64,000 nt of DNA. Source: Octopus vulgaris. Lineage: Eukaryota. The notes under the pieces were generated by a model, which searched no databases, had not been told where the DNA came from, and saw only the letters and a list, made by a program, of their open reading frames with translations. Both the position numbers and the translations under genes were made by a program. Shown here piece by piece: positions 11,401 through 24,106 of the stretch (position 1 is the stretch's first letter; every line of letters begins with the position of its first letter). The stretch covers positions 34,224,001 to 34,288,000 of the forward strand of contig OX597823.1 of NCBI GenBank assembly GCA_951406725.2, read 5' to 3'.

Positions 11401-13927
11401 GTAATACTGTCATTTTATAAATTTTGATTTCAGAATTCTAACCAAACACAATGTCTTGCAGAATTTGTTTTGGCTCCCAGCACACATCATCATCACCATC
11501 ATCGTTTTAATGTCAACTTTTCCATATTTGTATGGGTTAGATGGACTTCATTGAGGCAGATATTTTCTATGGCCCAAGGCTCTTCCTGTTGCCAATTTTC
11601 ATCTGTTTCCAAGCAAGCTAATATTTTCCCATAGCCGGACATGTTTTCACAAAAGACAGAAAATGAAGGACACCACTTATATGGCGGTGATGCTCGTTTA
11701 CAACTATTACATAATAATGAGACAAGGGGGGACAAACGCTCACACACATTAACACAGGCATACATGTGTGATGGGCTTCTTTCAGTTCCATTAACCAAAT
11801 CGAGAAAATAAACAAGAGAGAGATGGGAATGATAGAGAGAGATGGTGAGAAAGATAGAGAACTGGTGGAAATTAGAAAGAGAACGAAAGAAGTTGGGAAT
11901 GATAGAGAGAGTTATTTAAAATGGCACAGGATGCCAGGAATGACTGAAAATGCAGAGCAGGGACGAAATGACCAAATTTAAAACTTGTGTTTAGGAAGCA
12001 AACTTCTCAAACCCACAGCCATGTTGGTGCCCGCTAAGTCCAAATTCCGCCAAAGTCTATTTTACCTTTCATCTTTCCAGGGTCAATAATTAAAATAACC
12101 AATCAAGCCCTGAATCAGAATGAGTGGGTCTTGATTCGTCTCTCTAACATTCTCTGAACTGGTTACATTAAACTTTGAGAAGGGTTGTTGAGTGGGGCAC
12201 AATCATTCGCAGTACCATTTTCTTAGGGAATGGAAACTATTGATCATAGAAAAACTGACAGGCAACTGGAGCCATCAGAGAACAAATTGATGTGCAGTGT
12301 AGTATGGAGGAAAGGAATAAAGTTGTAGGGCTAGGTATGTGGAATGGCTCCTAATTCATGGCATTCAAATGAACTAAAATATTGAAGAAGAACAAAACTG
12401 GTGGAATACGTTTTATTAGATCATCATAAATTACTGTCTCAAGTTCCAGGACACATAGAACTGGTTACCCAGTTTCTGTGGTATACAAGTGGCTGAAGAC
12501 AGAACATTCCTCTTGAACAGGGTACCATTCCATCACAGGTTCACTCATTCACAGCTAAGTGGACTGGAATAATGTGAGATGAAGTATATTACTCGAGAAC
12601 ACAACACACCACCCAGGAATCTAAAAGCTAGTATCTTGTGATCATGAGTTCAACACCACAAGGCCAGGCGCCTTCGCTTGTATTAATTCTGCCATATTTG
12701 TACATTTATAGCCAGACAAACAAATATCAAAGTAAAACAGTAGAATCTGCAGAAACTAGAGACAGTCTGTGACAGCAAATACCAGTAAATATGAATGGCC
12801 ACAAAGACACATAAATTATTTTCTTGTAAGCAAGAGAAGTTAACATTTCCCCCATGAGCCCTCATCCAGGTACCTCCTCTTCAGCAAGACACTTGTTCCT
12901 GTTCCTCAATCATACTTTCACCTGTCTCAGTACTATACTCTTACTCAGCTGTGGGGAATGGGGTCATGCAAGTTAATTGGGGACCTCTCTAGTGCTGGTG
13001 TCACACATACACACACACACACACAAAAGCACATAATACATTCTGTAAAGTGGTTGCCATCAGGATGGGCATCCAGCCATAGAAAAACCATTCCAAAAAT
13101 AGGCATTGGAGCTCAGCATTGGAGCTCTGGCCCATCCAACCCATGCTAACACAGGAAACAAATGTTAAACAATGATGATGATGATGGTGAGGAAGTAAAA
13201 AAAATATATATGTTTTTTGATTTCTTTCTTTGGTGAAAAAAGCTGGTTGAGGAGAGAACTGCAGAAAGATTTCATCTTAAGATGGTAAGATTGAGAATAA
13301 TGAATAATATATGCAAATTGAACGTAAAGAATAGTAAATTGGATACCACAAATAATATAAATAAATTGAGTAGAATAAATAAAGATATGTAAAATTGGAT
13401 TGAATAAATAACATATGTAAATTAGGTATAATAATAAATATGTGTAAATTTATCAAAGCTTCTCATTTCCATGTAATCTATAGATTGGTGAGTGAGAGTA
13501 ATTAAAGATTTTACAGGCGAAGAGGCGACATATTTTACAAGAAGTTAACTGCAATGGATGATGGAGAGAGATGTGGTGAGAGAGAGAGATGGTGAGAATG
13601 ACAGATATTGGGAATGATAAAGAGAGATGGTGAGAAGGATAGAGAACTGGAGGAAATTAGAAAGAGAGAAGGTTGGAAAGATAGAGAGAGAGAGAGTTAT
13701 TAAAAATAACCGAGAGGGATGTCAGGAATGATTGAAAATGTAGAGTAGAAAAGAAATGATCATGTAATATTTTAATCTCCAGTCAAAGTTGTCTGCTTTA
13801 CAAGGAAATCTAACAATACAATGCAAGAAGAAAAAAAAACAGAGAAACAAATATATAAATATATAAAATCTTAACATAATTGCTACTGGAACAAAAGAGA
13901 CAAGATGATAGGTTTCGAAATGGAATT

Positions 13928-13961
<34 letters not shown>

Positions 13962-15550
13962 ATGAGAGAGAGAGAGAGAGAGACGAACAGACAGAGAGAG
14001 AGAGATAAGGGGTTTGGAAAAGAAAGTAGAGGAGAATTATTCTGAAGGCAGTTAATTTCATTAAAAGTAGTGTGAGATTAAACTGCTGTGAAAGGTTTAC
14101 AGTCAAGCTGAAAATAATAATTAAAAGACAAAACACTATAATTTTTTTTCTTTCTTTCTTTTCACCAGTAATCTTCATAATACAAAGGAAGAGAATCACC
14201 AAATCCTTCACTAACAATAGCTTCTTTATCAGTTTGGCATTTAGGACTTTCTAGAATGTCATGGAAACACTGACAAAGTACCAAGTTGAATAGCAACAAT
14301 ACAAAATATATGTGTTCTACTTTTGTTTCAGTCAATGGACTGCGGCCATGCTGGGGTTTTAGCCAAACAAATCAACTCCAGTATTTATTTTGAAAGTTTA
14401 GCACGTTCTATCGGTCTCTTTTGTTAAAATGCAAAGCTACATGGACATAAATAAACCAACACCAGTTGTCAAACTGTGTTTGTGTGGGGAACAAACACTG
14501 ACACAGACACACATTTATATATATATATATATATATATATGCATACACACACATGTATACACAGTTCCTGTATACCAAACCCATCCATAAGGTGTTGGTC
14601 AGCCCAAGGCTAAAGTAAAAGACAGTTGGTTAATGTGTCCTGCAGTGGAATTGAACCCAAAACTATGTAGTTGCAAAGCAAGCTTCTTAACCACAAAGCC
14701 ATGTCCATCCCTATATAGAGGGAAGACGAGATCCTCTATAGGCAATGTAGGATTGCCTATACTGTCCAAAAGTTTCAATCAACTGGTCTCATGGCAGCTA
14801 TCTACCTTAAACCTCTCTAGAGGGAGTTTTTAAGTGCACTAATTACTTGTATCATTCTCAGTTGATCAAAATTTTACAACTTGTTGAAGGTCATATGTGA
14901 TACCCTACCATATTTGCAATTAGTATGCAGAATGCTCTCCTGAGGAATTTTTCCATAAAGTCAGCTATTATCAATTCATAGAGATGACCTTCCAATTATT
15001 ATTATCTACAGGATGGTCATGACATCAGATATAAATAAATTAATAAACTCTTGCCCCACAAGGTAACAAGTCTGATGATAAAGGCAGATATCACAGATTA
15101 ATTCTGGCACATTATTATTTTTTGCTACAACAGAATCATTAGAGTATTGGACAAAATACTCGAAAGTATTGTTCTGGATCTTTCTATTCTGAATTCAAAT
15201 CATACCAAGCTCAAAATTGTTGGCCTTGCACCAAAATTAGAATTATTATCTACCAACACACACACATCACTTTGACAGCTGATACGTGGCACACTGTGTA
15301 CCTGTACAGATATGGTCAATTTAATGGAGGTAGTGGTCATGCAGCACAAATATTTGAGCACTAAAAATGAATTACCTGCACAGGTTGTTTAACAAAATGT
15401 TGCAGAACCTTCATATGTTGTCTATGACAAGAGAGTCCAGCAAAAATATGTATGTGTGTGTCTGTATATATATATATATATATATATATAGTGAGAATTT
15501 ACAAAAAAACAAAAGACAAATACAAGCATATATATATATATATATAGACA

Positions 15551-16235
15551 TTATTAAAAAGTAGCAAAAATATCACAAAAACTGTTACTCAGAGTTTCCC
15601 GTTCTCGTTTGTTGGACAGTTTTGTTTAGAATGGATGCACATTTGAAAATGGTTTTGTTTAATTGGTCCTTTCGAATAACGCTCTTTACAATAACCAGTT
15701 GCATGCAATGAACAAATTTCGGTATAAGATCATCTTACTATAAAATCAAAGAAAACCTTAAATCAAAAATAGCTTATAAAGAAGGACAGAGTCAAAATAC
15801 CCAGGAAAATAATTATTTGTAAAATATTAATCAATTAATACATTAAAAATTATGTCCATTTAAAAAAAATTTTCACATTGGATTACATATACATTTAGCA
15901 GTATATGCACATATCAAACCGTCTATAATATAATGATGATGTATATTAAGATGATTTTATACCAAATTGCATGCAACCAGTAATTGTAAAGACTGTTAGT
16001 TGAAAGGACCAATGAAACAAAACCATTTTCAAATGTGTATCCATTAAACTAATTGTATATGTTTGCTTATAACCTTATTTCTGTTCTATTCTAAACAAAA
16101 CTGTCCTACGAATGGGAAACTCTGAGTAACAGTTTTTGTGCTATTTTTGCTGCTTTTTAATAAAGTATATTACTCTATCTCTGGTATTTGAGTACTATTT
16201 TTCCATCTTGTTTCACATTTATGTGATCACTCTAG
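15551..16235. mobile_element. Fold-back element in (TA)n, arms ~15551-15738 / ~15946-16163, each with a decayed type I hammerhead
   Basis: Inverted arms visible. Right arm: aaaactgt-CCTACGA-atgg-GAAAC-tctgag-TA-acagtttt (16097-16136). AATAAA and a unique 3' end follow. Confidence 0.75.
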
Positions 16236-16254
16236 TGTGTATATGTATGTATGT

Positions 16255-16841
16255 ATCATCATCATCATCATCATCATCATTTAGCATCCGTTTTCCATGC
16301 TAGCATGGGTTGGACGGTTCAACTGGGGTCTGGGGAGCCCGAAGGCTGCACCAGGCCAGTCAGATCTGGCAGTGTTTCTACAGCTGGATGCCCTTCCTAA
16401 CGCCAATCACTCCGAGAGTGTAGTGGGTGATTTTATGTGCCACCGACACAGGTGCCAGATGAGGCTGGCGAACAGATGGTGTTTTTTATGTGCCACCGAC
16501 ACAGGTGCCAGACGAGGCTGGCAAACGGCCACGCTCGGATGGTGTTTTTATGTGCCACCGACACAGGTGCCAGATGAGGCTGGCGAACGGCCACGTTCGG
16601 ATGGTGTTTGTTACGTGCCCACAGCACGGAGACCAGTCGATGCGGTACTGGCTACGGCCACGTTCGGATGGTTTTCTTGTGTTCCACTGGCACTGGTATC
16701 ACAAAGATACAAATTCCATTGATGTTCATCTATTTTGATTTGTTTTGATTTGATTTTCACTTGCCTCAACAGGTCTTCACAAGTGTCACAAGAAGGAAGG
16801 TATGCACAGGTGGACTGACTATGTCCCAGGTAGGGGCCACG
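16255..16841 (-). mobile_element. 5'-truncated RTE LINE (3' UTR only), ~3 VNTR units, (GAT)n tail
   Basis: Near-identical to 18331-19180, the 3' UTR of the RT-bearing copy. Confidence 0.85.
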
Positions 16842-16842
16842 A

Positions 16843-16892
<50 letters not shown>

Positions 16893-17092
16893 GTATATAT
16901 CATCATCATCATCATCATCGTTTAGCGTCCGTTTTCCATGCTAGCATGGGTTGGACGGTTGTACTGGGGTCTGTGAAGCCAGAAGGCTTCATCAGGCCCA
17001 GTCAAATCTGGCAGTGTTTCTACGGCTGGATGCCCTTCCTAACGCCAACCACTCCGTGAGTGTAGTGGGTGCTTTTTACGTGCCACCCGCAC

Positions 17093-17142
<50 letters not shown>

Positions 17143-17144
<2 letters not shown>

Positions 17145-17345
17145 ATACAAAAGAAGGATAATCAACACATTTATTGGAAGTTACATATATGGATCAAAAC
17201 AGTTTGATTCAAACACCTTGGTACTCTGAGTTTCAAGTGTGATGCTAGTCTTCAGCCACTGGGGTTTGATGGCTGAAGACTAGCGACACACTTGAAACTT
17301 AGAGTAGCAAAGAGTTTGAATCAAACTGCTTTGATCCACATATAT
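17143..17345. mobile_element. Hairpin element next to (TA)n, arms 17185-17258 / 17270-17343, each with a hammerhead-like core
   Basis: ~74-bp arms, 11-nt loop. Minus strand reads tgg-CTGAAGA-ctagcatcacactt-GAAAC-tcagag-TA-cca. Confidence 0.75.
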
Positions 17346-18239
17346 ATAATATATAAAAGTTTGTATGTATAATTGCTGGGATTGGTCAAACCCTTAGTGT
17401 ACTGAATAATATGTCTTTCAGTATTTCTCCTGGCTCTTTGCATCCTCAGTTAAAAGTCTTGCCAAGGTCAATTATTTTGCAGAATTCTTGATGTGAAGAG
17501 GTACAAGAATTATATATGCTCTGAAAGGGGTCTCGGGGAGTAGTGTCCCTGCCTTCCTGAGCTAGTTTTCCACCACATTTCTTAAAAATCATGGTAGAGG
17601 CCTTGGTCTCGGGACCACTCATGTCTAGAAACTGAGGTTGGGGGGTAAGCAAGGGTATACTCTCCATAGAAAATCCAGCTCCAAAAAAAGCCTCATGATA
17701 GCAAAGGAGAACGGTCACCAGCCAGCCCAAAGGTTGGGGTGGGCTGCACCTGCCTACCTCAGTTGCTATGGCATTTAGGTAGATCCACCCCCATTAATGG
17801 GGACAAAACCCGGATTTAAAACACTGGATGATGATGATGATGACACATGCACAAACACACAAACTACTGTTTTGTTCTTACTGTCCTGTTTTTGTTACCA
17901 CTTTAACCCTCCGCAAAAAAATCCCAAATTTTATTTAATTTGCTTTATGGGAAGGACTGTTTAAACAAAGTCACGTGTTGTCCCTACCTTCAAAACGCAG
18001 AGTAGATAAAACAGGGGACAACTGATGAAGAGATTGTTCTTTATGTTGCCTGTCTCATTTCTCTATTTGTTTCTTTCGTTGTTCGTAAAAAAAGTTTGTT
18101 TTCTATGTTTTTGTTTTTTATGTTCTCGTTTCTCATTTTGTTGACATGTTTTTGATGTCCTGGACCCATATATACATGTATCATCATCGTTTATATACAT
18201 ATATATGTAGTTATGCACATGTATGTACATATATATGTA

Positions 18240-18277
<38 letters not shown>

Positions 18278-18330
18278 TATGTAGTTATGCACATGTATGT
18301 ACATATATATGTATGTACATATATATATAT

Positions 18331-20223
18331 ATCATCATCATTTAACGTCCGTTTTCCATGCTAGCATGGGTTGGACGGTTCAACTGGGGTCTGGGGAGCC
18401 TGAAGGCTGCACCAGGCCAGTCAGATCTGGCAGTGTTTCTACAGCTGGATGCCCTTCCTAACGCCAACCACTCCGAGAGTGTAGTGGGTGATTTTATGTG
18501 CCACCGACACAGGTGCCAGACGAGGCTGGCGAACGGCCACGCTCGGATGGTGTTTTTATGTGCCACCGACACAGGTGCCAGACGAAGCTGGCGAAAGGCC
18601 ACGCTCGGATGGTGTTTTTATGTGCCACCGACACAGGTGCCAGACAAGGCTAGCAGACGACCACGCTCGGATGGTGTTTTTATGTGCCCACCGACACAGG
18701 TGCCAGACGAGGCTGGCGAACGGCCACACACGGATGGTGTTTTTATGTGCTACCGACACAGGTGCCAGACAAGGCTAGCAGACGACCACGCTCGGATGGT
18801 GTTTTTTTTTTTTTTTTTTTATGTGCCACCGACACAGGTGCCAGACAAGGCTGGCGAACGGCCACGCTCGGATGGTGTTTTTATGTGCCACCGACACAGG
18901 AGCCAGATTTGACTGGCGATCGGCCACGATTGGATGGTGATTGTTACGTGCCCACAGCATGGAGGCCAGTCGGTGCGGTACTGGCTACGGCCACGTTCGG
19001 ATGGTTTTCTTGTGTGCCACCGGCACTGGTACCACAAAGATACAAATTCCATTGATGTTCATCTATTTTGATTTTGTTTGATTTTGTTTGATTTTCACTT
19101 GCCTCAACAGGTCTTCACAAGTATCACAAGAAGGAAGGTATGCACAGGTGGACTGACTACGTCCCAGGTAGGGGCCACGGGTTATGGCCTGACTAGTCTT
19201 GCCGGGTCTTCTCACGCACAGCATACTTCCATAGGTCTCGGTCTCTAGTCATTTCCTTGGTGAGACCTAAACTTCGTAGGTCGTGCTTCACCACTTCGTC
19301 CCAGGTTTTCCTGGGTCTACCTCTTCCACAGGTTCCCTCAACTGCTAGGGTGTAGCACTTTTGCACACAACTATCTTCAGCCATTCTCGTCATATGAGCA
19401 TACCAGCGCAGCCGTCTCTCTTGCACACCACAACCGACGCTTCTTAGGTTCAACTTTTCTCTCAAGGTACTTACACTCTGACGATTATGAACACTGACAT
19501 TACACATCCATCGGAGCATACTGGCTTCATTTCTTGCGAGCTTACGCATATCCTCAGCAGTCACGGCCCATGTTTCACTACCATGTAGCATGGCTGTATG
19601 TACACATGCATCATAAAGTCTGCCTTTTACTCTGAGCGAGAGGCCTTTTGTCACCAGCAGGGGTAAGAGCTCTCTAAACTTTGCCCAGGCTATTCTTACT
19701 CTAGCAGTTACACTTTCAGCACACCCACCCCCGCTACTAACTTGGTCTCCTAGGTAGCGGAAGCTATCAACTACTTCTAGTTTGTCTCCCTGGAACGTGG
19801 TAGAAGTTGGTCTCTGCACATTTCCAGTGTTTATTTCTCCTGAGCATCTGCCACATACGAAAACTATCTTCCCAGTTAGCCTACCTTTGACATTGCTGCA
19901 CCTCTTATGTGTCCATAGCTTACACTTGGTGCACCTTATAGAGTTTCTACCTACACCTTTTTTACAGATCGAGCAGGGCCATCTACCTGAAGTCGTTTGT
20001 GGTTGATCCACCTTCCTACTTATTAGGACTTTGGTTTTGGCTAGGTTGATTCTAAGGCCCTTCGATTCTAATCCTTGTTTCCACACCTGAAACTTCTCCT
20101 CCAGTTCTGATAGTGACTCAGCAATTAGAGCAAGGTCATCAGCATAGAGGAGCTCCCAGGGGCATCCTGTCTTAAATTCTTCCGTTATTGCCTGGAGGAC
20201 TATGATAAATAGGAGGGGGCTGA
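18331..20223 (-). mobile_element. Young 5'-truncated RTE-clade LINE: RT C-terminal half (ORF to 19193) plus VNTR-containing 3' UTR and (GAT)n tail
   Basis: Open ~340-aa frame with SPLLF, LYADDL, KTKVL, FRYLG, GSETW, RLRWY.H, GRPRKTW, typical of RTE reverse transcriptases. Confidence 0.93.
18498..18950. repeat. 62-bp tandem repeat (~7 units) in the RTE 3' UTR
   Basis: gtgccaccgacacaggtgccagacgaggctggcgaacggccacgctcggatggtgtttttat recurs at 18498, 18560, 18622, 18684 and onward. Confidence 0.92.
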
Positions 20224-20272
20224 AATACATACATGTGATCTTCAAATGTGTAAGTACGTGTTTGTGTGCAAG

Positions 20273-21469
20273 TGATGATCATGATATTGTTAGTAAAGCT
20301 TGAGTTATATGCAAATAGAATGATGATGGTGGTGGTTGTGATGATGATGATGATAGAGTAGGTAAGAATGATAGTGAAGTGTTTATTGTAATTATGACTG
20401 AAGGTACACTCTCCTTCCTCTTTCCCCTCCAGGTACTTGTAAAGTTGAGTTTCAATAACAGAAATGCCATCTTAACTGTGTAACAGAGGAGGTTAGAGGA
20501 CACACACACACTTTACCAGATAATTTCCAGTTGCCATGGATATCTATTGAAATTGATCTTAATAACTTCCAAATGAGAAACTAAATTTCTTCCAGTAATG
20601 TCTCAGAATTCTCAAAAACTTGCTGATTTTATATTGAAGAATGTCAGTGAGTGGTATCTTGGACAAGTGTCTTCTCCTACAACTCCAGGATGACCCAAAA
20701 CCTTGAGTGGATCTGATGAGCAAAAACTGAAAGCAGCTCATCGTATATCTGATCTCTTAATTGCTTCAGTCACTGAACAGTGGCCATGCTGGGGCAGTGC
20801 ATTGAAGGGTTTTAGTCAAACAAATTAACCCCTGAACTTGGTTCTTCCTTTTTAAAACCTTGTACTTATCCTATTGGCATGTGTTCTACCACAACTCGAC
20901 AACCGGTGTTGGTTTGTTTATGCCTCCATAAACAAACTTAGTGATTCAGCACATAAGAGACTGACAGAATAAATACCAAGCTAAAAAAAAAAGTTCTAGG
21001 GTTAATTCATTCAAATAAAAACACTTCAAAGTGGTGCCCCAGCATGGCCACAGTCTAATGCTAAAATAAGATGTGAACTGTTCTGTTGCTGGTAGGATGA
21101 ACAGAAGAATTACTCCATCAAGCAAGAGATAGGTATCATTTAATGAGTACATGCTTCATATATGAGCTGCCATGAGTTTCATGCTCTGATTGTAGGACAG
21201 CATGGCAACTGCCTGCACTAGTGTTGCATGCTGTGTACACTCCCGCCATCTGAACAGGAAACCTTCAGCAGCTCATACATAAATCCTGTCTTTTTATATA
21301 TATATATATTATGTATATAATACACTCTCACAGTGGTTAGTGTTTGGAAGGGATGTAGAAACCATGCCAAATCAGACTGGAGTCTGGTGCAGCCTTTCAG
21401 CTTACCAGTCCTGGTCAAACGGTCCAACTCATGCCAGCATGAACAATGGATGTTAAATGATGATGATTT

Positions 21470-21519
<50 letters not shown>

Positions 21520-21572
21520 TATATATACCCATATATATATATGCACACACACACATATATATACACACATAC

Positions 21573-21623
<51 letters not shown>

Positions 21624-21798
21624 TACATATAAATATATATATACACATATATACACACACATACATATAAATATATATACACACATATATACACACACAT
21701 ACATATAAATATATATATATACACACACATACATATAAATATATATATACACACACATACATATAAATATACACACACACACACATACATATAAATAT

Positions 21799-21833
<35 letters not shown>

Positions 21834-22290
21834 CACACACATACATACATATAGCATAACTTCAGTTCCCTGACGGTAACGTAACATTAACATTCTTCAA
21901 TATAAAATCAGCAAGATTTTGAGAAATCTGAGACATCACTGGAAGAAATTTAGTTTTTCATTTGGAAGTTATTAAGATCAATTTCAACAGATATCCATGG
22001 CAACTGGAGATTATCTGGTAAAATGTGTGTGTATCCTCTAACCTCCTCTGTAACATAAACACAGTTAAGATGGCATTTCTGTTATCGAAACTCAGCTTTA
22101 CAAGTACCTGGAAGGGGAAGAGGAAGGGGAGTGTACCTTCAGTCATAATTTCAATAAACACTTCACTATCGTTCTTACCCACTCTATCATCATCATCATC
22201 ATCATCATCATCACTATTATAACCACCACCATCATCATCATTTTATCTACATATAACTTGAGCTTTACCAACAATATCAATGATCATCAT
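20273..22290. repeat. Long inverted repeat, arms ~20273-20645 / ~21888-22290, ~1.25-kb spacer of SINE/microsatellite
   Basis: Arms align in reverse complement throughout; ORFs 20279-20509(-) and 22025-22222(+) give near-identical peptides. Confidence 0.9.
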
Positions 22291-22315
22291 CACCATTGAT
22301 GTGTGTACACACACT

Positions 22316-22348
<33 letters not shown>

Positions 22349-22673
22349 GAAGCCTGTGGGAGTGGAGGTGTATTTATACACACACATGAGTGGATCTGGG
22401 AGACAGAAACTGAAAGAAGCCATGTGTGTGTGTTTATTTTTTTTTTAACCACACCTATTAATTTTGCAACTAAATTTTATATTCTTTCTTATGTCTGAGA
22501 TGTAAGCACAACTGATTTTGATAATTGGCAGTGATGTACAGATTTGGAGGCAACTTATGTAATGCACACATAATTTGATAGATCTTTGCTTCTAAAACAT
22601 GTTGTGCTGAAATGTGACTGTCAGTTGCTATTTTATATGTATATGTGTATGAGCATACATATATACATTTATA

Positions 22674-23285
22674 TAAAATTATGATTTAGGGTATCTAAGA
22701 GATACCACTACGCTGGAAATAGCAGTCAAAACTTGACTCTAAAATCACATTAAATGTTCATACAGCACCAGGAGAGAAGACAAAGAGACAAAATAAACTA
22801 GCAAAAAGATTACTGGATAATTCCAGATCCTAGATTCCTGGCTCTGCATAAGAAATGCTCTGCCTTCATCAGTGGAATATACTCAGAAAGCACACAAATA
22901 CAAATATATATACATGCAACATACAATATACTTACATATACGAATGTATACATACATATATATGCATGTATGCACACAACCAGTGCTTTCTGAGTATATT
23001 CCACTGATGAAGGCAGAGAATTTCTTATGAAGAGTCAGAAATCCAGGATCTGGAATTATCCAGTAATTTTTTGCTAGTATATTTTGTCTCTTAGTCTTCT
23101 CTCCTGGTGCTGTATGAACATTTAATGTGGTTTTAGAGTCAAGTTTTGACTGCTATTTCCAGTGTGGTGGTATCTCTTAGATACCTTAAATTATAATTTT
23201 AAATAATTATTACCGTTGAAGGTTTTTATTTCCATGCTGGCCACCTGATAAGGCTGGTATTTAAATATCGATCTTATCCTTATTT
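22674..23285. mobile_element. Fold-back element, arms ~22674-22893 / ~22983-23201, each with a type I hammerhead
   Basis: ~220-bp inverted arms in TA-rich flanks; the right arm extends to a unique 3' end. Confidence 0.8.
22999..23055 (+). ncRNA. Type I hammerhead ribozyme motif (AUC site)
   Basis: ttcca-CTGATGA-aggc..gtca-GAAA-tccagg-ATC-tggaa: 5-bp stem I, quasi-palindromic stem III ATCC-A-GGAT. Stem II partly decayed (closing A.A mismatch). Confidence 0.65.
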
Positions 23286-23334
23286 ATATATCTACATTTA
23301 TATATATAGACACACACATATCCCTACATGCACT

Positions 23335-23827
23335 ATTGCTGACATGGCCAATGACAGTACCACCTGATTGGCACTCATGCCAGTGGAACATTAAAAGCAC
23401 CTTCCGAGCGTGATCGTTGCCAGGGCTGCTGACTGGCTCCCATGCTGGTGGCATGTAAAAAGCACCATTCTAGTGTAATCATTGCCAGCATTGCCTTACT
23501 AACAGATGTGCCGGTGGCACATGAAAAACAATATTCGAGCATGGTCATTGTCAGTGCCACTAGACTGGCTCCCATGCAAGTAGTACGTAAAAAACACCTT
23601 TTGAGCGTGGTTGTTGCTAGTACCACCTGACTGGCCCTCATGCAGTGGCACGTAAAAGCACCCACTACACTCTTGGAATGGTTGGTGTTAGGAAGGGTAT
23701 CCAGCTGTAGAAACTTTGCCAGATCAGATAGGAGCCTTGTGCAGCCTTCTGGCTTACCAGTCCTCAAACTGCCCAACCCATGCCAGCATGGAAAGCAGAC
23801 GTTAAACAACGATGATGATGATGATTA
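23335..23827 (+). mobile_element. Older RTE 3' UTR fragment with diverged ~62-bp repeats and (GAT)n tail
   Basis: Repeated gtggcac.taaaaagcacc units followed by the shared tail cacccactacactc..aggaagggtatccagctgtagaaac..gttaaacaacgatgatg. Confidence 0.75.
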
Positions 23828-23932
23828 TTATATATATATCTATATAAACTTTGCTAGAGACAGCCTTTAACAATAACCTTCTCAAACACCTGGGATTTCT
23901 CTTCCTCCTGAATGACCACTTGTATGGTCTCC

Positions 23933-24106
23933 TTAACTCTTTAGCATTTAAACTGGCCAGATCTGGCCTCTCACACCTACCCTGCAATGTCATTGACACA
24001 TCATCAAAATCGCAGAACTACAGGATAATAATACATGATTAATTCAAAACAATATGAATAAACAAGCATTACATTTGACAGAGTAATCTGAACACTGAAG
24101 AATTAA
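23933..24106. mobile_element. TTAA-flanked MITE (piggyBac-like ends)
   Basis: TTAA at both ends with imperfect TIRs (ttaactctttagcattt / aacactgaagaattaa). Confidence 0.45.

Noticed and set aside
18498-18950. CRISPR-like regular repeats
   Set aside because: Units are contiguous with no unique spacers, no cas genes, eukaryotic context; it is a LINE 3' UTR VNTR.
22060-22110. Hammerhead in the long inverted-repeat arm (gatggca-tttc-tgttatc-GAAAC)
   Set aside because: Hairpin plus GAAAC present, but no CUGANGA strand or convincing stems I/III.
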